A stretch of 64,000 bases of DNA from Balanoglossus misakiensis (Eukaryota; Animalia; Hemichordata). The notes under the pieces are model-generated. The model made no database searches. It saw nothing but the letters and a program-made list of their open reading frames with translations, and had not been told where the DNA came from. Each line of letters opens with the position of its first letter. Position 1 is the stretch's first letter. The DNA lies in contig JBECUI020000040.1 of NCBI GenBank assembly GCA_040954595.2, forward strand, positions 1-64,000, written 5' to 3'. The position numbers and the translations under genes were made by a program. Positions 27,050-37,636 of the stretch are shown piece after piece.

Positions 27050-28063
27050 TCAGAGCTTTTGCTTAACTTTCTGAGGTTCTTTGGCAGATTTTCCCAGAGA
27101 TATGACAACATTACCCTTTTTGAACCCTGCCTCAACATAGCAATGGGCGTCAGCAGTCTGTTCTAAGGAATAGATTCTATCTATTACCGTCTTTAGTTTT
27201 CCTGCCTCAATAAGCTCTTTTAGAAAGTTTAGATCTTTGGAGGTATAGTCCGCAAAGGCAAAAGAAACCTTCTTGCTGCTTGTCATTGAAGCCCAAAGAC
27301 CCCCAATCATTGTTCTTAGCAGAGGGTTGATCACGAGGTATCGTCCGTTTTTCTTAAGCGTTCTAAGGCTTCTTAAGAAGGGACTCTCCGCTATAACATC
27401 AAACAAGACATCATAAGACCTTGCATCTTTTCTAAAATCTTCCTTGGCATAATCAATAACCTTATCTGCACCAAGGGTGAGCAGCATGTCTAGCTTGTCC
27501 GCACTATCAACGGCAGTAACCCTGGCCCCAAAATGCTTAGCAAGTTGCACCACAAACAGACCTATATTACCAGCAGCACCATTAACAAGGACTTCTTCAC
27601 CTCTCTGGATATTGGCATTTCTTACATAATGCAAGGCATTCAAGCCTCCGGTGGGAATGGTGGCGGCTTCTTCGTAAGACATATTGAACGGTTTTATGGC
27701 TAAGACCTTGGCTTCATTAAGACATGCGTATTCAGCATAGGCAGCACAGCCAATTCCTGTGGCTGCCCATAACTGATCACCCTTGCTAAACAATGTAACA
27801 TCCTTGCCCACGGCCTCAATTTCTCCAGCCAATTCCTGCCCCAATATTTTCACTCTCTTCGGTCTCAGTAGTCCTGTGTATATTCGAAGAGGAAGCCAGA
27901 ACCAAAGAGGGAAACGAAAGCTTCTAAGCTCACAATCTCCCTTTACCACCGTTGCCGCATGAACCTTTATTAAGACCTCACTGTCCCCAGGAACTGGTTT
28001 TGCGACATTTTTAAGCTGCAGAACTTTCGGCGGTCCGTAGCGTTCGTATACCATGGCTTTCAT
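27050..28063 (-). CDS. NAD(P)-dependent medium-chain alcohol dehydrogenase / quinone oxidoreductase family protein
   Basis: MKAMVYERYGPPKVL start with GGAGA RBS, VLVNGAAGNIG Rossmann motif, KGNVVI C-terminus. Confidence 0.85.
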   Translation of the reverse strand: MKAMVYERYGPPKVLQLKNVAKPVPGDSEVLIKVHAATVVKGDCELRSFRFPLWFWLPLRIYTGLLRPKRVKILGQELAGEIEAVGKDVTLFSKGDQLWAATGIGCAAYAEYACLNEAKVLAIKPFNMSYEEAATIPTGGLNALHYVRNANIQRGEEVLVNGAAGNIGLFVVQLAKHFGARVTAVDSADKLDMLLTLGADKVIDYAKEDFRKDARSYDVLFDVIAESPFLRSLRTLKKNGRYLVINPLLRTMIGGLWASMTSSKKVSFAFADYTSKDLNFLKELIEAGKLKTVIDRIYSLEQTADAHCYVEAGFKKGNVVISLGKSAKEPQKVKQKL

Positions 28064-28450
28064 TATAGTTTCTCCCGCAAAACCGCATACAGGGCAGTTT
28101 CTCATTTAAAAAGCAGGCAGTGATTCTGTCAGTAATCTGCCCACCCCGGCGGAACACCGAAGGCCCAGAAAAGGCCTTGAGCTTACACTTTAAATACACA
28201 AAAAATACGCCTGTCATCGTCTATACTAAAAGAAATCGAAGACAGTAAAAAGTCCCACTAGACAAGAAAGGCTAAGGCATTGCTCTTCTTTCAGGAGACT
28301 CGCTTTTAACAAGAGAATAGGCAGAGAAATTTCCTGAAGTCCAGAAAGAGAAGTTAACTCCAGCAGCAAATCGCAGTTTTAAAGCTTGGCTTAGATATAC
28401 TTATTGAAAAATAACGCTGTACTCATGAAAAACAAGTTTCTAAAATATAC

Positions 28451-29380
28451 GTGAATATGTCAAAAATACCCACTATCCATAATGCTGGTTCCTTGAACAT
28501 TGACGATGTTTTCCACACGCCGCACATTGTCAGGCCGGGAGAGACTCTTGCCAGCACCGCACTCCATCGTTTTGCTGGAGGCAAAGGTTTAAATCAGTCA
28601 ACAGCTCTTGCCAGGGCCGGGGCCTCGGTTCGGCATATAGGCCGGATCGGAGAAGATGGGATTTCTCTACGGGAGAAACTGGCTTCCGATGGCGTGGATG
28701 TCTCTGGAATAGTTGTGGGCAAGGAACCCACTGGTCATGCCATAATTCAGGTGGCAGAGGACGGAGAGAACGCTATCGTTCTTTTTAGTGGAGCAAATCG
28801 CAGCTGGGGGCAGGATGATATTCGGCGAGTTACCGATAACAGTTCCCCAGGCGATATACTCCTGCTTCAGAACGAGATCAATGGGGCGATCGAACTAATG
28901 AATGCCGCTGCTGCTGGGGGGATGAGGCTGGCAATGAATCTCGCTCCTATGAGTCGGGAAATAGAAGAACTGCCTTTACATCTTCTTGACTGGCTTGTCC
29001 TCAATGAGCTTGAAGGGAGGGAACTATCCGGTTTTGGGCTTGATTGTCCCCCCAGCGACAAGGTAGATGAGGATCTGATCAATGAGCTGCATCGCCGTTA
29101 TCCAGATTCCGTTGTTGTGATGACCCTGGGGAAACGCGGTGCCATCCGGGTCGACAAAAAAGGTTTGCTCCGTTCCAGCTTCCGCGATGTGGGACAGAAA
29201 GTTGACAGCACAGGAGCCGGCGATGCCTTCATGGGCTATTTCCTGGCTGCAGAGGTGGCTGGTTTCCCCCCGGAAACGGCCATGGCACGGGCCTGTGCCG
29301 CCGGGGCCCTGGCGGTTAGCCGGGCCGGAGCCAGAGAGGGAATACCCTGGAAGTCCGAGGTGGACGCTCTGTTTCCCTAG
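28451..29380 (+). CDS. rbsK: Ribokinase (PfkB family)
   Basis: GSLNID, GGKGLNQ, LLLQNEI, NELE and DSTGAGDAF motifs. Confidence 0.85.
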   Translation: MNMSKIPTIHNAGSLNIDDVFHTPHIVRPGETLASTALHRFAGGKGLNQSTALARAGASVRHIGRIGEDGISLREKLASDGVDVSGIVVGKEPTGHAIIQVAEDGENAIVLFSGANRSWGQDDIRRVTDNSSPGDILLLQNEINGAIELMNAAAAGGMRLAMNLAPMSREIEELPLHLLDWLVLNELEGRELSGFGLDCPPSDKVDEDLINELHRRYPDSVVVMTLGKRGAIRVDKKGLLRSSFRDVGQKVDSTGAGDAFMGYFLAAEVAGFPPETAMARACAAGALAVSRAGAREGIPWKSEVDALFP

Positions 29381-29537
29381 GAAAAAGTGGAACAGATGCA
29401 CAGGAAAAACTTCTTCCTCGGCCTTCTGATACATGCTCCTTCAAGTGCAACAACTCTGGAATTTTACTCATCCAGAACAGAGGGTGGAAACCCTAAGCTT
29501 GGTCAGTCTTCCCCCTGCCTCTAAGATCAGGAATAGC

Positions 29538-31391
29538 CTAACGAATCAGAACCAAACTGAACCAGGGCACATACGTGATCAGGAGGACCACCACCAAGAG
29601 CACCAACAAGAAGGGAATAACCTGCCGGTAAATGTGGCTTACAGGCTCTTCAAAGGTATAACTAGCCAGAAAGAGGTTCATCCCCACCGGCGGCGTAAGG
29701 TAGCCCAGTTGAAGATTGGCCAGGAAAATGACACCCAACTGCACCGGATGGATTCCATAGAGTTCACCCAGAGGGATAATAAGGGGAGCCACCACCAGAA
29801 TGGCGGAATAGATGTCCATCAACACACCGGTAATCAACAGAACCAAATTCAACAGAATGAGAAAAACAACCGGTGAACTTACTTGCTCCCGAAAAAAGGC
29901 CGTAAGTTTCGTGGGTACCTGGGCATCGATAATGAAGTAGCTTAAACCTTTGGCCATGGCCAGAATGACTAAAATTCCTCCAATAACGGGAAGGCTACGC
30001 CGGAGTACATGCATGACCAACGTTGTTGTAAATTCTTTTTTTATGATTGTGAGAATGAGGGTATAGACAACGGCAAGGGCAGCGGTCTCCACAAGGGTGG
30101 TAATGCCGCCAAAATAGAAAAACAGAATGATTATGGGCAGCAGCAGTTCGCCAATGGCCAATTTAAAAGAAATCCATACCTCGGAAGCGTTCCAAGGAAG
30201 TCTCTCCCGTTTTTTTCTGACGGCTCGGAATACTCCCATACTTGCCAGGGCCAGGACCAGAAGCAGACCGGGAAAAACACCGCCTAAGAACATGTCCTTA
30301 ATACTGATTTGAGCGATAACCCCATACATGATGATGGGAAGAGCTGGAGGAAAGAGAAGCCCCACACTTCCCGAGGAAGTAATAAGCCCACGAGAAAAGT
30401 TCTTTCCGTAATGCCCGCTGTCTATAAGCACTGTGGCCAAGAGCCCGCCCAGGGCAAGAATGGTAACCCCCGAAGCCCCGGTAAAAGTAGTAAAGAAGGC
30501 ACAGGCTATTACCGCCACCACCGCCAGCCCCCCCGGGAGCCAGCCCAGAGAGGCTTGAAAGAACCGCACTAACCGCTTGCCCGAAGAACCAGAAGAAAGG
30601 AGGAAACCCGCAATAGTAAAGAGGGGAATGGCTGGAATCAGGTTCTGAATGAGCAGATTGTATGCCTCGTTAGGAAGGCTTTCCAAGGGGGACCAATTCC
30701 CATCTCCGGAGAAAAGGAACAGTGCTGTGCTCCCCAGTATCAGATAGATAGGCAGCCCCCTGCTCCCCATAAAAATGGTGAAAATAATCAGGGGCCAGCG
30801 CAGGTAGGTAAAGAGTGTGTACCAACTGTCGACCATGTCAAAAAGAACGGGAGGCATTCCCATCCACAGGCCTCCCAGAAAGTTGATAAGGGGGGGGAAG
30901 CCTAAAAAAATCCCTAGCAGCAAGTTTAGCGGAAAAAAAGCCACACGCCTGGGCTCCTCGGGATGGGAGATGGACCACAGAGACATGAGGAAAAAACCCA
31001 GGGGAAGAATAACCAACACCAAGCGAAGCGAAACAAGTCCTACCTTATCATCCGGAGAGATGCCTCCAGCAAGAAAGGAAAGAGAGGCAAAGGCAAATGC
31101 CATATTGATGCTCCCTCCCCAGATGTCCCGTACAGTTTCAATAAACTTCCAGAAACCTTCTTGAGGTTTTGTGCTGACAATGAGCGCAAGATGCTGCCTT
31201 TCCCGGGAAGCCACCACGCCCCCGATCAAGGTCAGCCAAACGACAAGATGCCGAAGAAGTCCAACAGAACCCATCAGGCCAGATCCCGTGGTTAGACGCA
31301 GTATTACTTCAATAACTGGCACCAAGGCAAGAAGAAAAAGGATCAGTCCACCAAGTATATCCTTGATAACAACATATTTATTGTAAATCAC
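29538..31391 (-). CDS. TRAP transporter fused small and large permease (DctQM)
   Basis: Polytopic; AIPLF and LGYLTPPVGMNLF DctM motifs with an N-terminal DctQ-like part. Confidence 0.9.
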   Translation of the reverse strand: MIYNKYVVIKDILGGLILFLLALVPVIEVILRLTTGSGLMGSVGLLRHLVVWLTLIGGVVASRERQHLALIVSTKPQEGFWKFIETVRDIWGGSINMAFAFASLSFLAGGISPDDKVGLVSLRLVLVILPLGFFLMSLWSISHPEEPRRVAFFPLNLLLGIFLGFPPLINFLGGLWMGMPPVLFDMVDSWYTLFTYLRWPLIIFTIFMGSRGLPIYLILGSTALFLFSGDGNWSPLESLPNEAYNLLIQNLIPAIPLFTIAGFLLSSGSSGKRLVRFFQASLGWLPGGLAVVAVIACAFFTTFTGASGVTILALGGLLATVLIDSGHYGKNFSRGLITSSGSVGLLFPPALPIIMYGVIAQISIKDMFLGGVFPGLLLVLALASMGVFRAVRKKRERLPWNASEVWISFKLAIGELLLPIIILFFYFGGITTLVETAALAVVYTLILTIIKKEFTTTLVMHVLRRSLPVIGGILVILAMAKGLSYFIIDAQVPTKLTAFFREQVSSPVVFLILLNLVLLITGVLMDIYSAILVVAPLIIPLGELYGIHPVQLGVIFLANLQLGYLTPPVGMNLFLASYTFEEPVSHIYRQVIPFLLVLLVVVLLITYVPWFSLVLIR

Positions 31392-32389
31392 TCACCTCCC
31401 CGGAAACTACTGAGCTCTTCGTAGAGCATTTCGTAGGACTGGCTGGAAATCCACTTGCCGTCACCAACAACCATCTGGCTTCCCCGCTCAAAAATTTTGA
31501 GCCATTCTTCTCTCTGCTCATCGGATATCCGATTCAGAATAAGGCCATTGTCCACCATGACCTGCATGGCCTCGTTGTTGAGGGACTCAGATTCCTGGCT
31601 GAAATTGACATTGATGTCTCTAATGATTTCTTGAAACAAATCCTGATATTTTGAGGGAATGCGATTCCAGGTCCGTTGGCTCATCACCGTGATGGCAAAC
31701 ACCGGTGCTACCTTGAAATCCATCATATGTGGAGCCAGGGCAAACCACTGAAAAGCCGCCGAGACCATGGGGGGAGCATAAAAAGCCTCCACCAGACCAC
31801 TTTGCAGCGAGACCATAAGTTCGCTAACACTGAGAGGAACAACATTAAAACGAAGTCCTTTAAAAATGGCAGCCACTTCGTCATCGGTACTGCTTACCGA
31901 CAGCTTCATAGTCTGCAGAACCCAGGGAGTCATGACAGAATTTTTTGAAAAGAAATAGGCCCAGCCAGCCCGCGACCAAGCAAGATTTTTAAAGCCAGCT
32001 TTGAGAAATTTCTCATCATAGCGACGAACCACATTGTTTAAAAGATAATCAACCTCTTTTGTATCTCTGGCCAGACCGGGAAGAGAGAGGAGAAAGGACT
32101 CAGGAAGTATGATCTTGGCCCCAAAAGAAGTCAGTATGGCCATATCGATCTGGCCTATCCGCATTTTGCGGATCATGTCTCCCTCACCCCCCGCAATACC
32201 CCCAGGATAAATACGCAGACGTAGTTCTCCACTGGAAAATTCAGCAATTCTGGCAGCCATTTTCTTTAGTTCCTGGTCCCAGGGAGAACCTTCGGGAAAG
32301 GGGCTGCCGACTTTTACAGTCAGAGCAGTTATAAAAGAGGTAAAAGACATAAGCAAAACAAGAACTAAACCGCATTTTTTATACTTCAT
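31388..32389 (-). CDS. dctP: TRAP transporter substrate-binding protein (DctP/TatP type)
   Basis: PEGSPW, IYPGGIAGGE, MIRKMRIGQID and LQSGLVEA motifs; operon context. Confidence 0.85.
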   Translation of the reverse strand: MKYKKCGLVLVLLMSFTSFITALTVKVGSPFPEGSPWDQELKKMAARIAEFSSGELRLRIYPGGIAGGEGDMIRKMRIGQIDMAILTSFGAKIILPESFLLSLPGLARDTKEVDYLLNNVVRRYDEKFLKAGFKNLAWSRAGWAYFFSKNSVMTPWVLQTMKLSVSSTDDEVAAIFKGLRFNVVPLSVSELMVSLQSGLVEAFYAPPMVSAAFQWFALAPHMMDFKVAPVFAITVMSQRTWNRIPSKYQDLFQEIIRDINVNFSQESESLNNEAMQVMVDNGLILNRISDEQREEWLKIFERGSQMVVGDGKWISSQSYEMLYEELSSFRGGE

Positions 32390-33408
32390 AACAAATCCTC
32401 AATGTCAACTAGAAAATATTCCTCTACATTCTCACGCAACCAACCAGCCTGCTTTTGATAAATGAGGGTCATAAGTTTTGAACTCGGGTCCTGGTCGGGA
32501 TCTATGGCCAAGACCCGGTCCAGAAGTTCTATGAATCCCTTGGCGTCCTGTTCTCTGACTTTTAACGACATAGCCAGAGCAATATGCGTAGCAGGATCTC
32601 CCCCCCCATTGAGAGTTACAGCCAGCTCATAATGATGTAGGGTCCGTTTAACAGGATCCTCGCCAATACCAGCCGAATTGTAATACCGCTCAACAAAGGC
32701 TTTTGTGACAGCACTGCGTTCCTCTGCCATAAGCAGAGCAGACAAAGGAAGTTCAAGAAGAAGTTGAATAAGGGCATTGTGAAGCCTGGCTTCTTTACCC
32801 TCCGAAAGATCCAGGAGGCGGTACAAAATGGCTAATGGTTTATCCAGGCTGCCTAGCAATTCCACATTAAAGGCATCGGTACTCACCATACCAAACCAAC
32901 CCATGGCAGCCCAGTAGGCGGTATCGATGTCTTCTTTTTCCAGGAGGAGCAAAGCCGCATCGTAGGATCCCTGGGCTAAAAGAGTTGTAAATCCTTCATG
33001 TTTTTGATCTAATGCCTCTAAAAGGTAGTCCCTACCCCGGCGAAAAAGTTTCTTGGCACGTTCCCGGGCCTCTTCTTCTTCCCGCCACTGCTCGGGAGAT
33101 AATCTCTGGGCAGGCATCTGAACAAAGGCAGCAGAGTACATAACAAAACTTCGTCCAGTCGCCCCTCGCAGGACCCAGTTCTCGGGATCCCTCGACAACA
33201 AAATTTCATATACTTTCAAAGTAAAAGGAAGGGCCTCGGCTATTAACTGGGGGTCGTCGTCCCCAGTGATAACCAGGGTGCCCTCCTCTCCTCCCAGCAT
33301 GTTTCCCAAGGTACGAAGCGCACTTCTTTCCAGGGAAGCACAGGAGCCAAGAATCGCAACTAAAACAGAAACTATGAAGATTCTTAATCGTTTCGCGTGT
33401 GATATCAT
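32386..33408 (-). CDS. TRAP-T (TPAT) TatT component lipoprotein
   Basis: Lipobox LGSC; DDDPQLIAEALPFTLKVYEILL, YSAAFVQ and RAKKLFRRGRDY resemble TatT; lies directly upstream of dctP/dctQM. Confidence 0.8.
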   Translation of the reverse strand: MISHAKRLRIFIVSVLVAILGSCASLERSALRTLGNMLGGEEGTLVITGDDDPQLIAEALPFTLKVYEILLSRDPENWVLRGATGRSFVMYSAAFVQMPAQRLSPEQWREEEEARERAKKLFRRGRDYLLEALDQKHEGFTTLLAQGSYDAALLLLEKEDIDTAYWAAMGWFGMVSTDAFNVELLGSLDKPLAILYRLLDLSEGKEARLHNALIQLLLELPLSALLMAEERSAVTKAFVERYYNSAGIGEDPVKRTLHHYELAVTLNGGGDPATHIALAMSLKVREQDAKGFIELLDRVLAIDPDQDPSSKLMTLIYQKQAGWLRENVEEYFLVDIEDLL

Positions 33409-33471
33409 AAATCTCTCTTTCTACCTAATCTATACCATATCCCCGATTCCTGCTACCGTAAAGTAACAATT

Positions 33472-34503
33472 CTATCTAAAAATTGGCTCAAAGGTAGTCA
33501 GTTCCTCAGATAAACGCCGGTAAACTGCTGGCATAGGGAAATTGGTAAGTTTCCTGATCGGCACCCATAAAGAGGCTTTAGGAAGCGGAATATCCTCTTC
33601 TTTAACCCGAAAGATCTGCGGGGTCAATGTCTCCCTATATCTAGTATACACATGCACATAATTTTTGAGCCTACCGATTTTCTCTCCTGGAGCACCTTCT
33701 GGAGGAAGAGGGGGAAAACTCCAGAGACCCCGCCCTATACCCTGCTTCCGGTGTTGGAGGAGTATCTTGTCTTTGTAAATAAGAATCATCACTGTAGTAC
33801 TAAGATTGCTGATAGACCTGGAGAGCCTTCGGGGGATTTCTTCGCTCCGCCCTTCCCGGGCTGCACGGCATTGTGGCAGAAGGGGACAGAGGGAACAGCG
33901 GGGCTTTCTAGGTCTGCAAATGAGCTGTCCTAACTGCATAAGGGCGGCATTCAGGTTTCCTGGCTGATAGGCAGGCATGGCAGTGCTCAGGTCCTTTTTT
34001 ATAAGGCGAGCAATCTCGGCATTCCAGTCCTCCTGCCCCCTCAGACGCAGAGCAATGCGCCGAACATTCGCATCTATGGCCGCCACCCGACGACCATAGG
34101 CCAGGCTCGCCACCGCAGCAGCGGTGTACTCCCCCACCCCGGGAAGCTCTTTAAGTTCCCTAATTCCTTGGGGAATTTTGCCCCCATGCTCCTCAAGAAT
34201 CTTTCTGGCTGCTGCTCTGAGACTGCGGGCCCGAGAATAGTAGCCCAGCCCCTCCCAGTACCGGAGAACCTCAGCCTCCCCGGCCATTGCCAGGCTTTCC
34301 ACTGTAGGAAACCTTTGCATCCAGCGGTTAAAATAGGGAATCACCGTGCTGACTGCTGTTTGTTGGAGCATAATTTCTGAGACCCAGACGGAATAGGGGG
34401 CGGGGTTTTCTGTCCAGGGATAAGAAAGGCCCTTCTGGTCAAACCAATAAAGCAGACCTTCGGCTTCTTCCAGGCCAAACAGAGAAGACCTATCCGGCAA
34501 CAT
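33472..34503 (-). CDS. mutY: A/G-specific adenine glycosylase
   Basis: VWVSEIMLQQT, WEGLGYYSRAR, LPGVGEYTA HhH motif and C-x6-C-x2-C-x5-C Fe-S cluster. Confidence 0.95.
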   Translation of the reverse strand: MLPDRSSLFGLEEAEGLLYWFDQKGLSYPWTENPAPYSVWVSEIMLQQTAVSTVIPYFNRWMQRFPTVESLAMAGEAEVLRYWEGLGYYSRARSLRAAARKILEEHGGKIPQGIRELKELPGVGEYTAAAVASLAYGRRVAAIDANVRRIALRLRGQEDWNAEIARLIKKDLSTAMPAYQPGNLNAALMQLGQLICRPRKPRCSLCPLLPQCRAAREGRSEEIPRRLSRSISNLSTTVMILIYKDKILLQHRKQGIGRGLWSFPPLPPEGAPGEKIGRLKNYVHVYTRYRETLTPQIFRVKEEDIPLPKASLWVPIRKLTNFPMPAVYRRLSEELTTFEPIFR

Positions 34504-35188
34504 TGTGAAAAGAGTTCCAAATGGGCTCCGCCGAGGGGGGGGAAGCTATTATTTTTAAAGGTTTCCTTGCAACAGGATGCTCAAAGTCCAGGGATCTGGC
34601 ATGAAGACAGATACTCCTGGGGGAACTGGTTTCTCTGGCTCCATACTTGCAATCTCCTACAATAGGAGAGCCTATCGTAGAGAATTGAACCCGAATCTGA
34701 TGATGACGGCCAGTAAGAAGTGTTACCTCTACCAAAAAATATTTCCCAACCGATTCAAGACAGCGGTAACTCAGCCTGGCCAGCTTAGCCCCAGGAATCC
34801 CTGGACATACGGAGCAGGATTTGTTGCTGCTTTTGTCTTTCTTGAGAAAATGGACCAGTTCGCCCTCGGGGAGTTGGGGAAGTTTCTCGATAACGGTCCA
34901 ATAAACTTTTCTAACCAGACCATCCCGGAATAAGGCCGTGAGTCGGGATAACATTTTGGAAGTTTTGGCTACAAGTAGAACCCCGCTACAGGGACGATCG
35001 AGGCGGTGGGGCTGTCCTAAAAAGACATTTCCAGACTTGGCATCTCTTTTTTTGATATAGGTTTTTAGAATGTCGGACACACAAGGATCACCACCACCAT
35101 CCCCCTGGCTGAGGGTTCCTGGAGCCTTGTTCACTACTATTAGATGATTATCTTCGTAGAGAATTTGGGGGATTTTTATGTTTTCCAT
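34490..35188 (-). CDS. RluA family pseudouridine synthase
   Basis: HRLD, TGRHHQIRV, PIVGD and LHA motifs. Confidence 0.9.
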   Translation of the reverse strand: MENIKIPQILYEDNHLIVVNKAPGTLSQGDGGGDPCVSDILKTYIKKRDAKSGNVFLGQPHRLDRPCSGVLLVAKTSKMLSRLTALFRDGLVRKVYWTVIEKLPQLPEGELVHFLKKDKSSNKSCSVCPGIPGAKLARLSYRCLESVGKYFLVEVTLLTGRHHQIRVQFSTIGSPIVGDCKYGARETSSPRSICLHARSLDFEHPVARKPLKIIASPPSAEPIWNSFHNVAG

Positions 35189-36883
35189 GAACGACGATGT
35201 TTGAAGTTTTTCAGAAGCAAAATAATCGCTACAAGCCCTGAGATGGCAAAACCAATCAGGGCAGCAAGGGAGATTCCAAAAAACAAGGGGGGAATCTGAG
35301 ACCAGGCCAGTATCGATGAACCCACAATCAGAGAGGCGGCCAGAATTGCCATGGAAAGCTGGAAAACAATGGAAGGCAACGTAGAATGCAGGGAATCGAT
35401 TCCCCTGTTCTTTATTTCAAACTGAAGTTTCCCCCCATTAAGAAGATTAAGGAAGTCAATACTTTCTCCGGGAAGCTTGCGGAGAAGCTGCAAAACGTCT
35501 CCCATGAGGCCGAAGGCTTGCTGGCCAAAATAAAGGGGTCTGAGTTCCGAGAGAAACATTTTTCGGACGTAGGGGCCTGCCACCTTTAAAAAACTGAATT
35601 GGGGGTCTAAGGTCACCGTTATGTTTTCAATGACCATCAGAGATTTTCCAAGAAGATAAAAATTGGAAGGTATTTCTATGTGATAACGGCGTATAAGGGA
35701 AAAACAAAGAGCAATAAACTTGCTAAGATTGATTTGTTCAAAAGGTCGGTTCAGGTATTGCTCGATGAGACCTTCCATATCCATGGTCAATTGATGAATC
35801 TCTGCGGGGTCTCGGTAACCGGACCAGGAAAGAATGGCTCTTACAGTTCGGGAAGCATCGGAGCTGACCAGGCCATGGAGCAGGTCTATCAGGAAGCGTC
35901 GCTGACTTGGAAGAATGGTCCCCATCATCCCAAAGTCAAGAAAGGCCAGCTTATTATCTGGAAGAACCAAAAGATTGGAACCATGGGGATCGGCATGAAA
36001 AAACCGGTGTTCAAAGATCTGCCGGAATATGGCATTAGCTCCCCGACGGACAATAAGGGAGAGATCGGCACCAGAAGAACGCAGAGCCTTCTGATCCCCC
36101 ACAGATATTCCCTCTATAAAGTCCATCACAAGGATTCGCTGACTGCAGTATCTGCGGTAAAGCTGAAGCAGCACCAAGGTCTGATCCTGAGCAAAATTTT
36201 TCCCGAAGTTTTCTATGTTATTAGCCTCGTTCCGAAAATCCAGCTCCTCCAGAAGAGCCCGCTCAAACTCCCTGATAATCTTCTGCGGACGAAAGGGGGC
36301 AAAGAAGGGACCCGACGTTCCGCCAGTCTGGCCAGATCACGCAATATCGCCAGGTCCTTTTCAACAATCTGTCGAATCCCGGACGCTGAACTTTTACCGC
36401 CACATGGTGCCGTCCAACAGAAAGGCCCGATGGACCTGGGCAATGGAAGCCGAAGCGACGGGTTGCTCATCAAAGGAGGAAAAAATTTTATGAAAGGGGT
36501 TCTCCCAGTTCTTCAACGATGAGGTTTCTGGGCATCTTTAAAGGGAAAGGAAGGAGCACTGCTCCGAAGGCATTCCAATTCCCTAATCATCTCCATTGAG
36601 AGGATATCGGGGCGGTGACTTAGCAGTTGTCCAATTTTTATGAATGTGGGACCGAGTTCCTCAAGGGCCCATCGGAAATGCTGGGCCGGGGTTCCTCTCC
36701 GGTGAGTCTGAGAACTCTTGTTTTTCTTTCGCCTTCCTCTTATCCGGCGATAGATCCTAGCATCAAGCTGATGCACAAAGTCGGCAAAACCATGCCGAAA
36801 AAAGTGCCGAGAATCTCAAAGTAGCGCAGGAAATACCCTAAGGCTCGGCCTAAAAATCGTTGCGGGGAGCGGAGAGTTGTCAA
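35176..36883 (-). CDS. AarF/UbiB (ABC1) family atypical kinase, split by several frameshifts
   Basis: LEELGPTFIKIGQLLS, FFHADPHGSN and LDFGM motifs across ORF pieces. Probable TTG start overlaps the upstream stop; start is approximate. Confidence 0.8.
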
Positions 36884-37197
36884 GCCTTGAACACTTTATC
36901 ATCTAGTTTTTTCTCCAGAGCATCTATTTTCTTTTGGAGTTCGGCAATTTCCTCTTGACTAGCAAACTTCAGTCCGTTTAGGGCCTTAGCTACGGTCTGT
37001 TCCACTTTTTCGTTGATTTTCTTTTTGGCCTTATCGGCCTCTTCCTTAATTCTCTCACCCACCTTAATTCCTCTTTCTTCGCTGCGGTTACATCCTCCCT
37101 CAAGAGTTTTCAGAACTTCATCTAATTTTTCTTTCGAGATGGCTGCCATGCCCAGCCCCGTGTAAGCAGCCTTCTCCAAGGTTTCAAAAAAGGTCAT
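36880..37197 (-). CDS. Phasin-like / PHA regulator family coiled-coil protein
   Basis: KAAYTGLG and ASQEEIAELQKKIDALE pattern; typical partner of UbiB-like kinases. Confidence 0.7.
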   Translation of the reverse strand: MTFFETLEKAAYTGLGMAAISKEKLDEVLKTLEGGCNRSEERGIKVGERIKEEADKAKKKINEKVEQTVAKALNGLKFASQEEIAELQKKIDALEKKLDDKVFKA

Positions 37198-37339
37198 AAG
37201 AAATTCCCCCTTAAAATTTTCAATATTATGTAGTATAAGTTAAATAAAGAGAAGACTCAAGCGGAGTCTCCTAATAGAACTCTACCTTCTATTGGGAGCC
37301 CAAGGGGTAGTATCAAAAACAAAAATACGGATTAAAACA

Positions 37340-37636
37340 ATGGCCGATACTGAAGACAGATTGCAAAAGCTGAAGTTTCTCCTGGTACGGAAGAAGCAGC
37401 ATGGCAACCGCCTGTGCTGGATCAGATGGAACCCTAACTCAGATTTTTCCTACGATATTGAAGATGCCAGGGAAGACATAGAATGGATGATTTACGAGAT
37501 TCAAAAACTCAAGGAAGAAAATAAGCAGCTACATGACTTTGTCAATGCTTTGCGCCTGGATATGGAAGATGAACTTAAGAAATCTCCGACTGGAAAGAAG
37601 TTTTCTCCGCCCAACGCTGAATCCGGGAATTCCTGA
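37340..37636 (+). CDS. Small hypothetical coiled-coil protein
   Basis: ORF 37292..37636 with a likely ATG at 37340; fills the gap between the phasin gene and recD. Confidence 0.55.
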   Translation: MADTEDRLQKLKFLLVRKKQHGNRLCWIRWNPNSDFSYDIEDAREDIEWMIYEIQKLKEENKQLHDFVNALRLDMEDELKKSPTGKKFSPPNAESGNS

